DNA from: Octopus bimaculoides
Taxonomy: Eukaryota
DNA length: 64,000 nt
Assembly: GCF_001194135.2 (NCBI RefSeq)
Contig: NC_068987.1
Coordinates: 74,177,109 to 74,241,108 of the forward strand
Direction of reading: 5' to 3'
The notes under the pieces were generated by a model. That model searched no databases, was not told where the DNA came from, and saw only the letters and a program-made list of their open reading frames with translations. The translations under genes and the position numbers were made by a program. Positions 24,547 to 37,360 of the stretch are shown here, piece after piece (within the stretch, counting starts at the first letter, position 1; each line of letters starts with the position of its first letter).

Positions 24547-25709
24547 NNNNNNNNNNNNNNNNNNNNNNNNNNNNNNNNNNNNNNNNNNNNNNNNNNNNNN
24601 NNNNNNNNNNNNNNNNNNNNNNNNNNNNNNNNNNNNNNNNNNNNNNNNNNNNNNNNNNNNNNNNNNNNNNNNNNNNNNNNNNNNNNNNNNNNNNNNNNNN
24701 NNNNNNNNNNNNNNNNNNNNNNNNNNNNNNNNNNNNNNNNNNNNNNNNNNNNNNNNNNNNNNNNNNNNNNNNNNNNNNNNNNNNNNNNNNNNNNNNNNNN
24801 NNNNNNNNNNNNNNNNNNNNNNNNNNNNNNNNNNNNNNNNNNNNNNNNNNNNNNNNNNNNNNNNNNNNNNNNNNNNNNNNNNNNNNNNNNNNNNNNNNNN
24901 NNNNNNNNNNNNNNNNNNNNNNNNNNNNNNNNNNNNNNNNNNNNNNNNNNNNNNNNNNNNNNNNNNNNNNNNNNNNNNNNNNNNNNNNNNNNNNNNNNNN
25001 NNNNNNNNNNNNNNNNNNNNNNNNNNNNNNNNNNNNNNNNNNNNNNNNNNNNNNNNNNNNNNNNNNNNNNNNNNNNNNNNNNNNNNNNNNNNNNNNNNNN
25101 NNNNNNNNNNNNNNNNNNNNNNNNNNNNNNNNNNNNNNNNNNNNNNNNNNNNNNNNNNNNNNNNNNNNNNNNNNNNNNNNNNNNNNNNNNNNNNNNNNNN
25201 NNNNNNNNNNNNNNNNNNNNNNNNNNNNNNNNNNNNNNNNNNNNNNNNNNNNNNNNNNNNNNNNNNNNNNNNNNNNNNNNNNNNNNNNNNNNNNNNNNNN
25301 NNNNNNNNNNNNNNNNNNNNNNNNNNNNNNNNNNNNNNNNNNNNNNNNNNNNNNNNNNNNNNNNNNNNNNNNNNNNNNNNNNNNNGGAGGAGGAGGAGAG
25401 GGGAGGAGGAGGAGGAGAGGGGAGGAGGAGAATGTGGGAGTAGTCTGAAAGTAGCAGGATTGGTCAAGTGACCTAAAAGTGACCAATTGTGGTTGTAATA
25501 GTAGTGATTGCATCATTGTTTAATGTCTACTTTTCCATGCTGATGTAGGTCAGATGGAATTTGTTGAGGTTGATAATCTGTCACAGGATGCTTTCGTTGT
25601 TGCTAAACATCAAATGCTTCTAAGTAAGATAATATTTCCCCATCTTAGAAGATTGAAAATGAAGGACACCACTCACTGGCATGATGGTGACACTTGCTTA
25701 CAACTACCC

Positions 25710-26042
25710 AGTCACAGACAGGATGCCAAATGCACTTTTGCCAAAGGACAAGAAGTCAAAGCCAAAAAACCAAATTGACACAATGCTGAACAGACATAAA
25801 GCCAAACGAACAAGATGCCAAAGGGTCACAATAATAAAAAAAAATTCCTACCTACATAGTTTAATGAACAATTCACTAATTTTGCACTTAAGACTTAATG
25901 AGATTAAATTTTAATTTTTGTATATCTTTTCAGCATCCTGTCCATTCAGCTTTATGCCCATTTGGTAATGTGTCCATTCGGCTTCTTGGCTTTGACTTCT
26001 TGTCCTTCGGCAAAAGTGTATTCAGCATCCCGTCTGTGTACC
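25710..26042. mobile_element. Mutator-like foldback MITE with ~120-bp TIRs
   Basis: 25710-25826 is the imperfect reverse complement of 25924-26042; 9-bp TSD caactaccc / caactacta. Confidence 0.8.
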
Positions 26043-26059
26043 CAACTACTACACAATGT

Positions 26060-26260
26060 CAAGGAAAGGAGAGAGTAACACACAGACACACACACAAACA
26101 GGCACATATGAATACACACACGATGGGCTTCTTTCAATTTCCACCTACCAAATCAACTCTCAAGACTTCTGTCAGCCCAAGACTATGGTAGAAGACACTT
26201 GCCCAAGGTACCTTGCAGTGGAATTGAACCTGAAACCATGTGGTTGGGAAATAAACTTGT
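26060..26260 (-). mobile_element. SINE family A 5' half
   Basis: gacacttgcccaaggtacc...gaacctgaaaccatgtggttgggaa. Confidence 0.75.
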
Positions 26261-26403
26261 AGTTAAATTTATCTACTTGAGACTCTTCCTCTAAATCTGT
26301 GCATGATACAATATGGCATGATTTAGTATATGCTACAGACTAGCTGTTGATTACCTATACGCTAGTTCAAAGCTAAAGAGATAGGTCAGAAACTAACAAT
26401 ATA

Positions 26404-26770
26404 TTATACTAGCTGACCACATGCCATCAATAATGACAGCTAATTGTAGTATTTTATATATAAATAAGGTACAATATAAGGTACATAATAATCACACATA
26501 CAAACATTCACATACTTCCCTTGTACACGCACACAGACACACATACTCACACAGAGTTGAAGCGCTGATTGTTTTCACCTCTTCCTACCTCATTCATCTA
26601 TCACCCCTTCCTTTCTCTCATTGCTATTACTTTCTCTCAATCTCTCTCAGTCAGGGCTATTACTCTTGCTACTTCTCCTTCACTGAATTACTATTCTCTC
26701 TCCTCCATGTCTGGTGTGATTCTGGACACACACACACACACATACAAATATATAAAAACATTATGCTCAT
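26404..26770 (+). repeat. Unclassified interspersed repeat (copy 1)
   Basis: Homologous in reverse orientation to ~39650-40250. Confidence 0.75.
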
Positions 26771-27542
26771 TTTTATATTAGGAGATAATATAGTGTGGTA
26801 CAGTTTTGATATAAAGTGAGTTAATCCTGTAGAATTTGACAATAGCAATAGTACATAGGTATACTCTTTATGTAGTTGCTTTTAACATGGTGTATATAGT
26901 AACCACCCATACTCTAACATATTTACTACCACTATTCAGGTATTGAGTTTGTAGAACTTCAGATGGTGGGTTAAACCAAGTGAGGGGATTGTGACAATAC
27001 TGCACCAGTAGACGAAAGACTCCAGGAAAGTAATCCCAAGGAGTCACTGGTGAAGGTGGAGGAACCTACTCAAGTCATTGGCCTAGGGTTTGGAGCCGAG
27101 GTGTGTTTTAGATGGAGGCATACAGTTGTAGCTAACAGCCTTGAGAGGTATGGGTGCCACCAAGCTAACTTGCCCATGATACATTCATGATGATGACAAC
27201 CAGACCAGACCAGACCAGAACCCATACAGGATAGGTTGTTGACCAGGTTAGCACCAAAGAGTGGACAGGCATCAATTTCAATGAGTTACAGAGGTCAATC
27301 GTAGAACTAAGAGAAGTGACGAAATTTGGTTGTCCCAACAATCACACAGTCAAGGGATAGGAAGAAAGGAAAAGATCTGACAATTCCAATGTTAGATAAA
27401 GGTTATCACAGATGTAACAACAACAAAGTAACAACAAGAATAACTACAAATACAATAACAATACAAATAATAAGCACATAGGCAAAAACTCAAGAATTAC
27501 AACAACAACTGTAACAGAAAATACAACAGCAACAATAACAAC

Positions 27543-27648
27543 CTCTCTGAATTCATGAATACTATGTTGCTCTTTGAGGAAAGCAGTGACATCTTGTTGG
27601 GCTTTTCTATTCAGTAGATCAGCATACTTCATATAGTAATTCAAATAT
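27543..27648 (-). CDS. DNAH3: Dynein HC exon (YLNYYMKYADLLNRKAQQDVTAFLKEQHSIHEFRE)
   Basis: 106 nt, phase 2 to 0. Confidence 0.93.
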
Positions 27649-27835
27649 CTGCAATAGATATATTAACTTATTATTATCAGGATTCTGTGCCAGCATGTAA
27701 ATCTGTAACTAATAAAAAGCATGCACTTATTTTACCCTCCCTAAGTAAACCAGACTAAAGAGATTTCAAACATGTGGAGTCCCCTAACAGTTATTGCAAG
27801 AGAGATAATCATTTCTTCATAATATTTCGCAGGAC

Positions 27836-28065
27836 TAAGGCAGCAAGCTGGTAGAATCACTAGCATGTCAGGCAAAATGCTTAGCAGCATATCATCCACC
27901 TTTATGTTCTGAGTTCAAATTCCACCAGGGTCAACTTTGCCTTTCATCCTTTCAGGGTTGATAATGTAAGTACCATTTGAGCACTGGGGTTGATGTAATC
28001 AACTTACACTCTCCCATGAAATTGCTGACCTTGTGTCAAAATCTGAAACCGATATTTGACAGGAT
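27836..28065 (+). mobile_element. SINE family C (CpG-decayed)
   Basis: aaggcagcaagctggtagaatc...ctgagttcaaattcc...ctttgcctttcatcctt. Confidence 0.8.
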
Positions 28066-28862
28066 TAGAAGTCTGAATTTGAAATAAAAGAATAAAGGAG
28101 ATGAACTCTCAACATTCCACTTCTTTGTAATTGGTTACTTTGTGGACTGCTAAACAAATTTGTAAGAGGAGCTTTCTATGATAGCTGCACAATTCTCTGA
28201 ATCAACATCTTAAATTACTTGTTTTTTTTTTTTATATTTTTTACTTACTTCTTGCAAAATTCTTTAAAATTTCTAGAACATACAGAAAGCTGAAAAAGAA
28301 CCATGAACATTTAGATCTTGGTCTAAAGCTCTCTCAAGTGAACTATTTCAATTATCTGCAAATGTTGCCATAATTTTTAGAAATATATTTACTGTCATTA
28401 AAATAAGAATATTTTACTAAACTATGTACCAAATAAAATATGTTAAATAAATATGTTAAGAATTCATAGAGCCTCAAAGAGAGCAATATTCTGGCATCAA
28501 AAGGTGAAAATACCAAACTTCAAAGGAAATATTCAATTGGCAACAATACTTGGAAAAGCTTATGTGTTGAGGGAAGTGTTGCTCCTCTAAGCTGTGGGAT
28601 GGAGCTGAGACATGACAGATAAATCAAGAGAAGTTAAGTAAATAATAATGTTTCCTTTATTAATCATGAAGGGTTAACAAAAACATTGTGAATGTACAGG
28701 ATGATACAATGCAAAGTTACATAAAAGACTGTATAAAAAAGGAATAACAGAGACAAAAGAAATGAGAGACTTCTAAAGGTTACTATAACAACGACAACAA
28801 AACAGAAGAAAGTTGATTATAACAACAGCAAAAATGAAAGATATGAATAGGATTCTCCTTAC

Positions 28863-29179
28863 TTTTGAGGTCCAACCACATTCCTCTTAAACATTTCTAC
28901 AGCTTGATCCACAATTTCAGTAACCTGGGTCTCGTCAATATGAGGAGCACGCAAAAGTAAGTTTCGATTGCGCATATCAGGAAACACCTCACACTCCACC
29001 CTTGACAACCCAGTGCCAGATGCGACAATTTCAGAGAAACCTTTAATGATAAGGTTAAGAATATCTCGGAATGGAGGGTCGAAAACGATTTTTGGTTCTT
29101 CAACTTTCAATTTAATTATCATGATTGGATCAAGAACATACTGTATTTCATCATAATGCTCGCCAAAATCATTACCTTG
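28863..29179 (-). CDS. DNAH3: Dynein HC exon (QGNDFGEHY...RNVVGPQ)
   Basis: 317 nt, phase 0 to 2. Confidence 0.94.
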
Positions 29180-30423
29180 CTGAAAAACATTATTTGAAAA
29201 ATACAATTATTCATTTGTTATTCATTTTAACATTTTCTGCAAAAGAATAAAAACTAAATATCTAAAATATGACTGATTTTAAAATGTTTCTGTTGAATCT
29301 CATGGAATGAGACAACTGGGCCCAATTGTTTGAACACTGGAGATTTTGCCTGGTAGACTGGATACTGAACCTTTTTTTGGTGACAGTACTTTTTGATACT
29401 GAAAGCAAATACACCCACATATACGTGTGTGCAGAAATATACACATACAGATATAGAGAGAGAGAGAGCGGAGGGAGAGCAAGAAACATTATAGTTTATT
29501 AATTTGAATACAATTGACATAAACACTTTCCTTGTCCTTTTATAAAAGGAAATATGCATACACACATAAGCACAGAGAGAGTGTGGGGAGAGCGAAAGAA
29601 ACATTAAAATGAGAGAAAACATCTGATGTCAGATAAGTCAACACTAAATCAGTGACACCAAATAAGCAGGGCTAGAATGACTGTACCAAAATGTCTTATA
29701 CCTAAATCTCATACTCCATTAGATTACACATGAAAAGTAAACAGACATAGTCAAGTGGATAAAGTATTTGACTATCTCCTCATAGATTCCATGTTCAAAA
29801 GTGCTGTAGGTATTATTTTGTATTTCTAGGCAGATTACTTTGTTTTATGCTATCTCAGATCACCACTTAACTAGAAGGAACAGTTACCAAGTCATGTGAG
29901 AAAATTAACTGGGATAGAACAGTAAAATTTATGATACTTGATAAGGTACCTGACTTGTGAGAGACCAGTGCTCAAAGAATCAGAAAAAAACTGAGAAAAA
30001 TACCTTGTGGTAATTTTTATCCCCACTTAAATATGGATGTATGGGTGTTCTGTTAGAACAAACTTTCCTGCAGTAGATACCACGAGAGAAACTCTCATAT
30101 TGGCTTTTAGTGCAAAATGCTCTCTTGTTAATATCACTAGTGGGAGAGATAAATCCCCAACACCTCCAGTGATGAGGTCACCAGATCAAGATCAATATCT
30201 TGTGGTATTTAGTTACATCCCATTAAGTTCTGGGTTCAAATCATGGCAAAGCTGAGTTAAACTTTCACCTTTTTTAGATCAATACCAGTCAAGTACAGGA
30301 GGGTTTATTAAACTACAACAACAGCTGCCACCACCACTCTTTGTTCTCTGATTAAGCAATTAAAAAAGAAATCAATTATACTGAATATAGGCAGCAACAG
30401 AGAAAATACAAATGAATACTTAC

Positions 30424-30619
30424 ATAATGGATTTCAAAGAATGAAAGAAAGTCTTTGAGGGAATTAATGATAGTGCTTCTGAGCTGGAGGGACATTAAAG
30501 ATTCAACACTGGAGAAAAATTTCTGCACCATTTCTAATGAGTCAACATTATTCTGAGGTACAAGATGGTACCAGAGATCTTTTTGGTTTAGAAATACTTG
30601 TGCACAGGTTGGTAACCAT
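30424..30619 (-). CDS. DNAH3: Dynein HC exon (WLPTCAQVF...MSLQLRSTIINSL...EIHY)
   Basis: 196 nt, phase 2 to 0. Confidence 0.94.
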
Positions 30620-30699
30620 CTGGAACATGGAACATAGACAAGGAGAGATGAAAACAGGAACATATATTAAGAAAGGGTCCTCTAAATGAGCAATTTTTG

Positions 30700-32130
30700 G
30701 TGCTCCTGAGGTTGCAAGGTGGCTACTGGGATGTGAAGTTCATGTAAGCCTATCTTAGATTGTGATGGGAGACCTGAAAAATAATGCTATTTAGGCAACT
30801 TATGCTCACCTTCACATTGTTTCTGTTGAAGTACTTGTCATATTTATAGATAAATGTAAAATGATTACTTAACAGGGATAGGAAAATTCTAGCTATGTTA
30901 GTGCTTGTGCTCATGCTGTATGGTAAATTGAACCAAATTAATTTCTCTTCTTGGTTCAGCTAGTGTATGTGTGTGTGTGTTTGTGTTTGTATGTGTGTGT
31001 GTACATGTGTGCATGCGGGTGTGTGTGTATGTAGGGTGGGGACACTCTATATACTATTTTCTCACTAAAAACACTACTAATTTACGCAAGAATTATGATT
31101 GTAGGTGATACAATTGAAAATAAATATCCTTCTCACAAAATAGATTAAAAATTCTTCTACTTGTGCTATCTATGAGGGCTCTTAATAATAGCTGAAGGAG
31201 AGATTTTTGTGTATGTTCATGGCTTGAACGTTTCTTTAAGTGTATGTTTACCTGTAATCTAGTGTAATGCCTAAAATGTTAATTTTAGATTGGTGTTAAT
31301 GATGATATTCATATTGTGTTCCTTAAATATACCTATCAGATTTTAATTAAATTCATCCATGTAATATTTTTTGGTATTATAGAAAATTTCCAAATCAGAT
31401 TGGAGTCTGGTGTAGCCATCTGGTTCACCAGTCCTCAGTCAAATCGTCCAACCCATGCTAGCATGGAAAGTGGACGTTAAACAATGATGATGATGATGAT
31501 GATGATGATGTTGTATCTATACAGTCCAGAGCTAAAGAGGATGGTTCATTTGTTGTGAACGGTTAAGACGAAAAACTTGACAGGTTCAGAGATTTTCGAT
31601 CGTTTTTGTAGCTGTAGGTGTCCTTTTAAAATAAGCACAGCTTCTTTACATTGATCACAATCCTACTAATGGTGATGAGTGCTTCCTGTTTCCATGGCTC
31701 CCATGATAGAATTAAATATAGATGGATAGAAATTTATTATATTGAACTGGGTAAGTCTACAGAGTACTTTGTTTCCTATGCTATCAAATCTATTGATAAT
31801 AGCAGTAATGAAGTTACATTGAACTAATCTCTTGGTGTTTCTAATCTAAAAGTAAATCTCATCAAGTTTATACTTACCAACTAGATACAATTTATTTTTG
31901 GAGGGTTTTATTAATCTACTCGAGTTGGATAGAAGTTATACTTATGATCTTTAAGAGTAATATCAGGTGTGAAGCATTCCAGATGATCTTCCATTTTAAG
32001 TTGAGAGTCTAAGCTTTTACTGCTTTGTAATGCAACTGATGAGGCTAGATTTTTTTTTCTTTTGTATGTTTTGCTAATGTTGTCTGACAGAAGTTTATAG
32101 TGTGCAACACTATTTCCTATTTTCTATCTT
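30700..32130 (-). mobile_element. Highly decayed Penelope-like RT remnant (interrupted by a family B 3' end at ~31390-31510)
   Basis: Minus-strand fragments QFNIINFYPSI (~31715-31755) and FKEHNMNIIINTNLK/NILGITLD (~31260-31335) resemble PLE RT motifs. Confidence 0.6.
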
Positions 32131-32284
32131 TTGCTTCGTCTGATCTCATATCAAAACAGTCTTTGCAACACTTGCCAAATTATGAGAATCATGAGTACAA
32201 CTCATGATGATGATGATGATGAGTACAAGTTTAACTTACACAAACAAACAAACAAACATTTTTTTACTTTTTTAGTTATTTTTC

Positions 32285-32525
32285 ATCTTTTATCTTTTAC
32301 TTGTTTCAGTCATTAGACTGTGGCCATACTGGAGTACAGCCTTGAAGAATCTTTATTCAAGTGAATTGATCGCAGTACATATTTTCTTTTCAAGCCTGGT
32401 ACTTATTCCATTGCTCTCTTTTGCCAAACTACTAAGGTACGAGGATATAAACACACAAGCACCTAATGCCAAAGGGGACAAACACAGACACAAAGATCTA
32501 CCAAACTCCAGGTACCCCCCATATA

Positions 32526-32568
<43 letters not shown>

Positions 32569-33305
32569 AGATATCATAATTAATAAAAATAATAATAATG
32601 ATAAAGTGGCCAGCAAGCTTAACCAATATAGATAAATATACATAAAGATTTAGGATATAAAAAATATATACCACCAATGAATGTTTTGTCTTCTTTCTAG
32701 CATAGCTGGTATATATTTTTTGTAACTTAAACTTTTATGTATATTTACCTATATTGGTTAAGCTTGCTGGCCACTTTATTATTATTATTTTAATAATAAT
32801 GATATCCTATTTTCTAAATTTTACTGACTATTATTCGTTTTTGAATGTTGTGGGGGACATTCAAACAAACGGACGTGCACAGTGTAGTGTATATATTTCG
32901 AAGAAATAGTTATACACAGTAAGCTCAGCTGATGATCCTAAGTGCTTGGCACTAAAAGTGAAATCAATTGATACTGAGATGACTGTACTTTTCTATGTGT
33001 TTTTGCAAAGGTAAGGGCTATTTTCTCTTATATTCACTACATTAACCGTGCATGTTTTGTTTATAGTGAGAAATATGTGGCTTGCGAGAGTTGACTCTTC
33101 TTTCTAGCATAGCTGGTATATATTTTTTATACCCTAAATTTATATATATATACAACAGGCTTCTTTCAGTTTCCATCTACCAAATCCACACAGAAAGCTA
33201 AGGTCACCTCGAGGCTATAACAGAAGACACTTGCCCAAGGTGCCATGCAGTGAAACTGAACTTGGAACCATGTGGCTGGGAAGCAAACTTCTTACCACAG
33301 AGCCC
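32285..33305 (-). mobile_element. SINE family A split at its (TA)n by a Penelope-like terminal insert (~32560-33140)
   Basis: SINE tail at 32285-32510, head at 33150-33305; insert has 110-bp inverted repeats and an HHR motif. Confidence 0.75.
32924..32978 (+). ncRNA. Type-I hammerhead ribozyme motif with palindromic stem III
   Basis: ctcag-CTGATGA-(agtgc ttg gcact)-GAAA-tcaattga-TA-ctgag; base of stem II imperfect. Confidence 0.65.
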
Positions 33306-33485
33306 TGCTGGAACACTGTTACAAAAATAAAATCAGTTCAATTTTTTACCCTTTGATACATTATTTTTGTCTTAATTCACTACAGGGACTGAACTCAGGT
33401 GTAATATATCATCACTGGATACAACAACCTTTATTCATGATCACAATAGAACATATAATTATTTTGCAAAAAAAGGCAAACTTAC

Positions 33486-33611
33486 ACGGTTTGAAGTTCA
33501 GTTCGGCATTTTAAGCACTGATTTTTAATGACACTCTGAAAGTCTTCTGGTAATAAAGGAAGCTCCATTTCCATCAATTCTACAAGGTTGATGAACCGCA
33601 AATTTTCAAAT
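33486..33611 (-). CDS. DNAH3: Dynein HC exon (FENLRFINLVEL...LPLLPEDF...CRTELQT)
   Basis: 126 nt, phase 2 to 2. Confidence 0.91.
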
Positions 33612-33766
33612 CTACGAAACGATAAAGAAGTTGAAGAAAAACAGTAAGCTATGTTAAAATGCAAACTTTTCCTGAGTTACAAGCAGCTTTGACTATCATC
33701 ATCATCATCTTCACCTTCACCACCACCAACACTTATACCACAGGAAATGTCTACATGGTCACTTAA

Positions 33767-34059
33767 CCCATTACCTCTTATAATTCTATTAACTGGAATT
33801 TTTTTTTATGAAACTTTGATTTCTAGCATAAAACAGCCTCAGAAACACGTTGGAATGATCAAAATAAGATTTCAAAATAAAATTTTAAATAGAAATAAGC
33901 GAGATATTTGGGTGAAAAATTAGCAAACCTCATTTGAATATCAGAGAAATATACCTAGTAGATATAGCAAAAAGGTTAGATATGTGTAAATATTGACAGA
34001 TAATTACGAAATTTGTAATTTTTAAGTGATCTCATATGAGATCATTGGTAGGTAATGGG
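33767..34059. mobile_element. piggyBac-type MITE (TTAA TSD)
   Basis: TTAA|CCCATTACC...GGTAATGGG|TTAA, perfect 9-bp TIR. Confidence 0.85.
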
Positions 34060-34503
34060 TTAAGCTGTGAGAAATAGTAGCTAAATTTCTTCAAACCACA
34101 TCCAGTTATCTTTGAAAAGGGAAAATAGTTTGGACAATGTATTGAATACACAAAAGAAGGATTGCCCCATGTTAAACTACAATACTATAAGCAACAATAA
34201 CACCAACACCAAACCACAATTTCAATTTCCAGTCATGCACTAACACCACACCACCCTCTGATGCAGCCACCAAACAATTAATTGATCTAGTAGAAATAAC
34301 AGTCAAATCCTTCCATATTGTCTTTTAAAAATAAAAAGGACACATTGTAAAATGTAGCCATCAATACTTTTATGTCTCAAAATCAAGACTGTATAGTAAC
34401 AGAGGGAATATCTTTAGTGGTAGATTTTCCTGAGCAAAGCTGACTTGAAACTAAACACCACCAGATCTACAATGGTTAATCTAGAGAAAGAAAAAGTACT
34501 TAC

Positions 34504-34623
34504 TGCTTGCACCAAATACTTTGCAGCTCCAGCATGACAGGATTGATGGCAAATAAAGAGACAAGGTTGAAGTGTTTTAATACAAGGTAGGAACTGTGCC
34601 ATGGTATAGGGGCCCTGATCACT
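34504..34623 (-). CDS. DNAH3: Dynein HC exon (VIRAPIPWHSSY...INPVMLELQSIWCK)
   Basis: 120 nt, phase 2 to 2; frame differs from the ORF-track call 34414..34602. Confidence 0.92.
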
Positions 34624-34698
34624 CTGTTAAAGATACAGATAGGTATAAAGACATATATTCAATTGTTTAATTATATAGTAATGTGGCGTGTGTGTGTG

Positions 34699-34737
<39 letters not shown>

Positions 34738-35963
34738 GTGTGTATGTGCGTGTGTGTGTTTAAAGATTCTTTATATTTTGTATCCTTTCATTTATCTTGC
34801 TTGCTTACGTTCTGGCGTTTGCTGAATTTTCTTGAGAACAACCTTTTCTTAATGGTCAGACCATAGGTGGTCTTCTAGCATAAGGGATGTCCACTTAGTG
34901 GTCATCCCTCTTATATGTATGTAATATAATTTTTATGAATCTTCATATTTTTCAATATGCTAGGCCACTGGTTTTAAATTGATATTAATCAAATTAATAT
35001 TCAATTTTTCACCCTTATTATTTAAATTTATATATGTATGTATGTATGTATGTATTATGAACATACACACAGAAAAAAAAGTACCCAATACAAGTAGTTA
35101 AACTTTACTTATTCAATCAAAGCAGACATTTTACTTCATTTCTACTCAGAGTTCCATACTATGTACAATACTTCAGGTGACTAAAAAAATATAAGTACCA
35201 GATGAATCTGGTTCAGGGACGCATTCAGGAACACATGCTCCATGTTATTGAAAAAATATTAAGAAATACAGAAACTGGAATTGACACACCTTATACATCC
35301 CAAAGCAATAAGTACCAACCGTTATCCCACAGTGGGTATAATGTTAATTATATTTTCTTTCAGAGTAATCCTTTAGTATTTAAAACCAACTATATCAGAC
35401 CCAAATATTCTGCCTGTTTTATACTAAAAGTGGCCAGTGTTGTTCTAAAAATAAACAATTACATCATCTTGAAGTTACGAAATAACGCAAGATTAATTCA
35501 AAACAATATGAATAAATAAATATCATATTTGACAGAGTAATCTGAATGTAAAAGGTTAAATATTTAAATATTTCCTCTACAATACATCATTATGTCCATT
35601 TTTTGTCTACTTTTCATATTATTAAGGGTTAGATAAGTCAGACTGATCAAGAAATAACATCTCACTCATACATTTCATATCGTGGTTCAGTTTTTATGGT
35701 TGGATGTCTTTCCTAACACCAACCACTTTAGTGAATTTGAGTGCATTTCTTTCATGGCACCAACACTAAAGAGGTTGCTATTTCCTTGACAAGACTCCAG
35801 GTTCAACCTCTTGCCTTTGTTCATTAACCACTTTACAGCCTACTTCCAGTCCAGTATAAAAAACTAAAATAGTTCCTCAAGCCAATATTGGAGTCTTTAT
35901 GATCAGTTGGACCTGCTAGAAATAGAAGCCTAATTTCTCTCAAATCACACTCCACTATCTTAA

Positions 35964-36182
35964 ATCTTTTGATACCTCCAATTTCAATATAAAACCTCTG
36001 ATCTTAAGGATTTCATATTTAAATTAAACCCTTTAATCATAATTTTATCAATGACCATTTTTGTTATGTTCTAATTACCAACAGAATACTGGCAGAGTTC
36101 ATTGTTCTACTAAATTCTCACAAATTCTTGATTATTTACAAAAACATGGAATGTATTTATTAGAGATATGGTAACAAAAGGG
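35964..36182 (-). mobile_element. piggyBac-type MITE, same family as 18108
   Basis: TTAA|ATCTTTTGATACC...GGTAACAAAAGGG|TTAA. Confidence 0.75.
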
Positions 36183-36613
36183 TTAAAAAATGTAAGACAC
36201 ATTAGATAATCTAATCCTAAGTACTCTATGTTTGAAAATCAAAGATGGGATAGCCAAAGATGAAATGTCTTTGGCCTACAGTCTGTTTGATCAGAGCTGA
36301 CATGAACTAACCAACAACAATGACAACAGTTAACCCAACACTGATGTCATCTGCTTCACAAGAGTATCACAATTAGTAGCCAGTTCTGGTATTGGGATAT
36401 GAACTCCTAATCCTTCACTCAGAAGTTTGCCAAAATAATGTATTCTATTGATTTCTACAGACCTATCAAACTATATATGGCCAATAAATGTTATTCTTTA
36501 TTTCTTTTAACCCTCTCTTTCACCTTACTTTATATTACAAGATGTTTCAGCAAGTTAATGATAGCCAATACAATTAGAATTTTAATCTAGGACAATAAGA
36601 CTTAGGAACTTAC

Positions 36614-36689
36614 CTGTGAGGGAAGGGCACTGGAACCCATGCAATATGCAACCTCTTTTTCTCTCGTGGATCTTTCAAGATATAATCCA
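36614..36689 (-). CDS. DNAH3: Dynein HC exon (DYILKDPREKKRLHIAWVPVPFPH)
   Basis: 76 nt, phase 1 to 2; DYILxDP motif. Confidence 0.93.
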
Positions 36690-37017
36690 CTGAAACAGAG
36701 ATAAAATGAATGCAGTATTGTATTGTGCAGAGGCATGCAGTCAAGGCTGCGTCTTCCTTCTGTTATAAATAAGAAAGCTATCTACATAATAAATGAACCT
36801 TTCACTCACTAAGTCATCAAACACTACTAAGAGACCCCCGCCTAATAAAGGAGCCTATAAGCTGCAGTCTATCATTCTGTTAGAAATGGTAGCCATTCAC
36901 CATGCTAATATATTCCTGCTTGATCAGAGATGACTTGGTGTTACACAACAATAACAATCCCAAAGTGGTCATTCAACCTGTAAGAAATAACAGTTGAACC
37001 TCCTCCAAATCATACTT

Positions 37018-37360
37018 CATCATCATCATCATCATTGTTTAACGTCCACTTTCCATGCTGGCATGGGCTGGACAGTTTGACTGAGGACTGGCGAGTCAGA
37101 TGGCTGCACCAGGCTCCAATCTGATCTGGCAGAGTTTCTACAGTTGGATGCCCTTCCTAACGCCAACCAATCCAAGAGTGGGTGCTTTTACGTACCACCA
37201 GCACGAGGGCTAGTGAGGCGGTACTGGCAATGGCCATGCTCAAATGGTGATTTTTACATGTCCACTGCATGGGAGCCAGTCCAGTGGCACTGCCAATGAC
37301 CTCACTCAAATGTTGTTTTTCATGTGCCACTGGCACAAGTGCTAGTAAGGCGATCTTAAG
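37018..37360 (-). mobile_element. RTE family B 3' end
   Basis: (cat)n gtttaacgtccactttccatgc...cagttggatgcccttcctaacgccaacc. Confidence 0.8.

Noticed and set aside
35202-35519. 105-aa + strand ORF in a dynein intron
   Set aside because: AT-rich, no recognisable motif, and no splice or repeat support.
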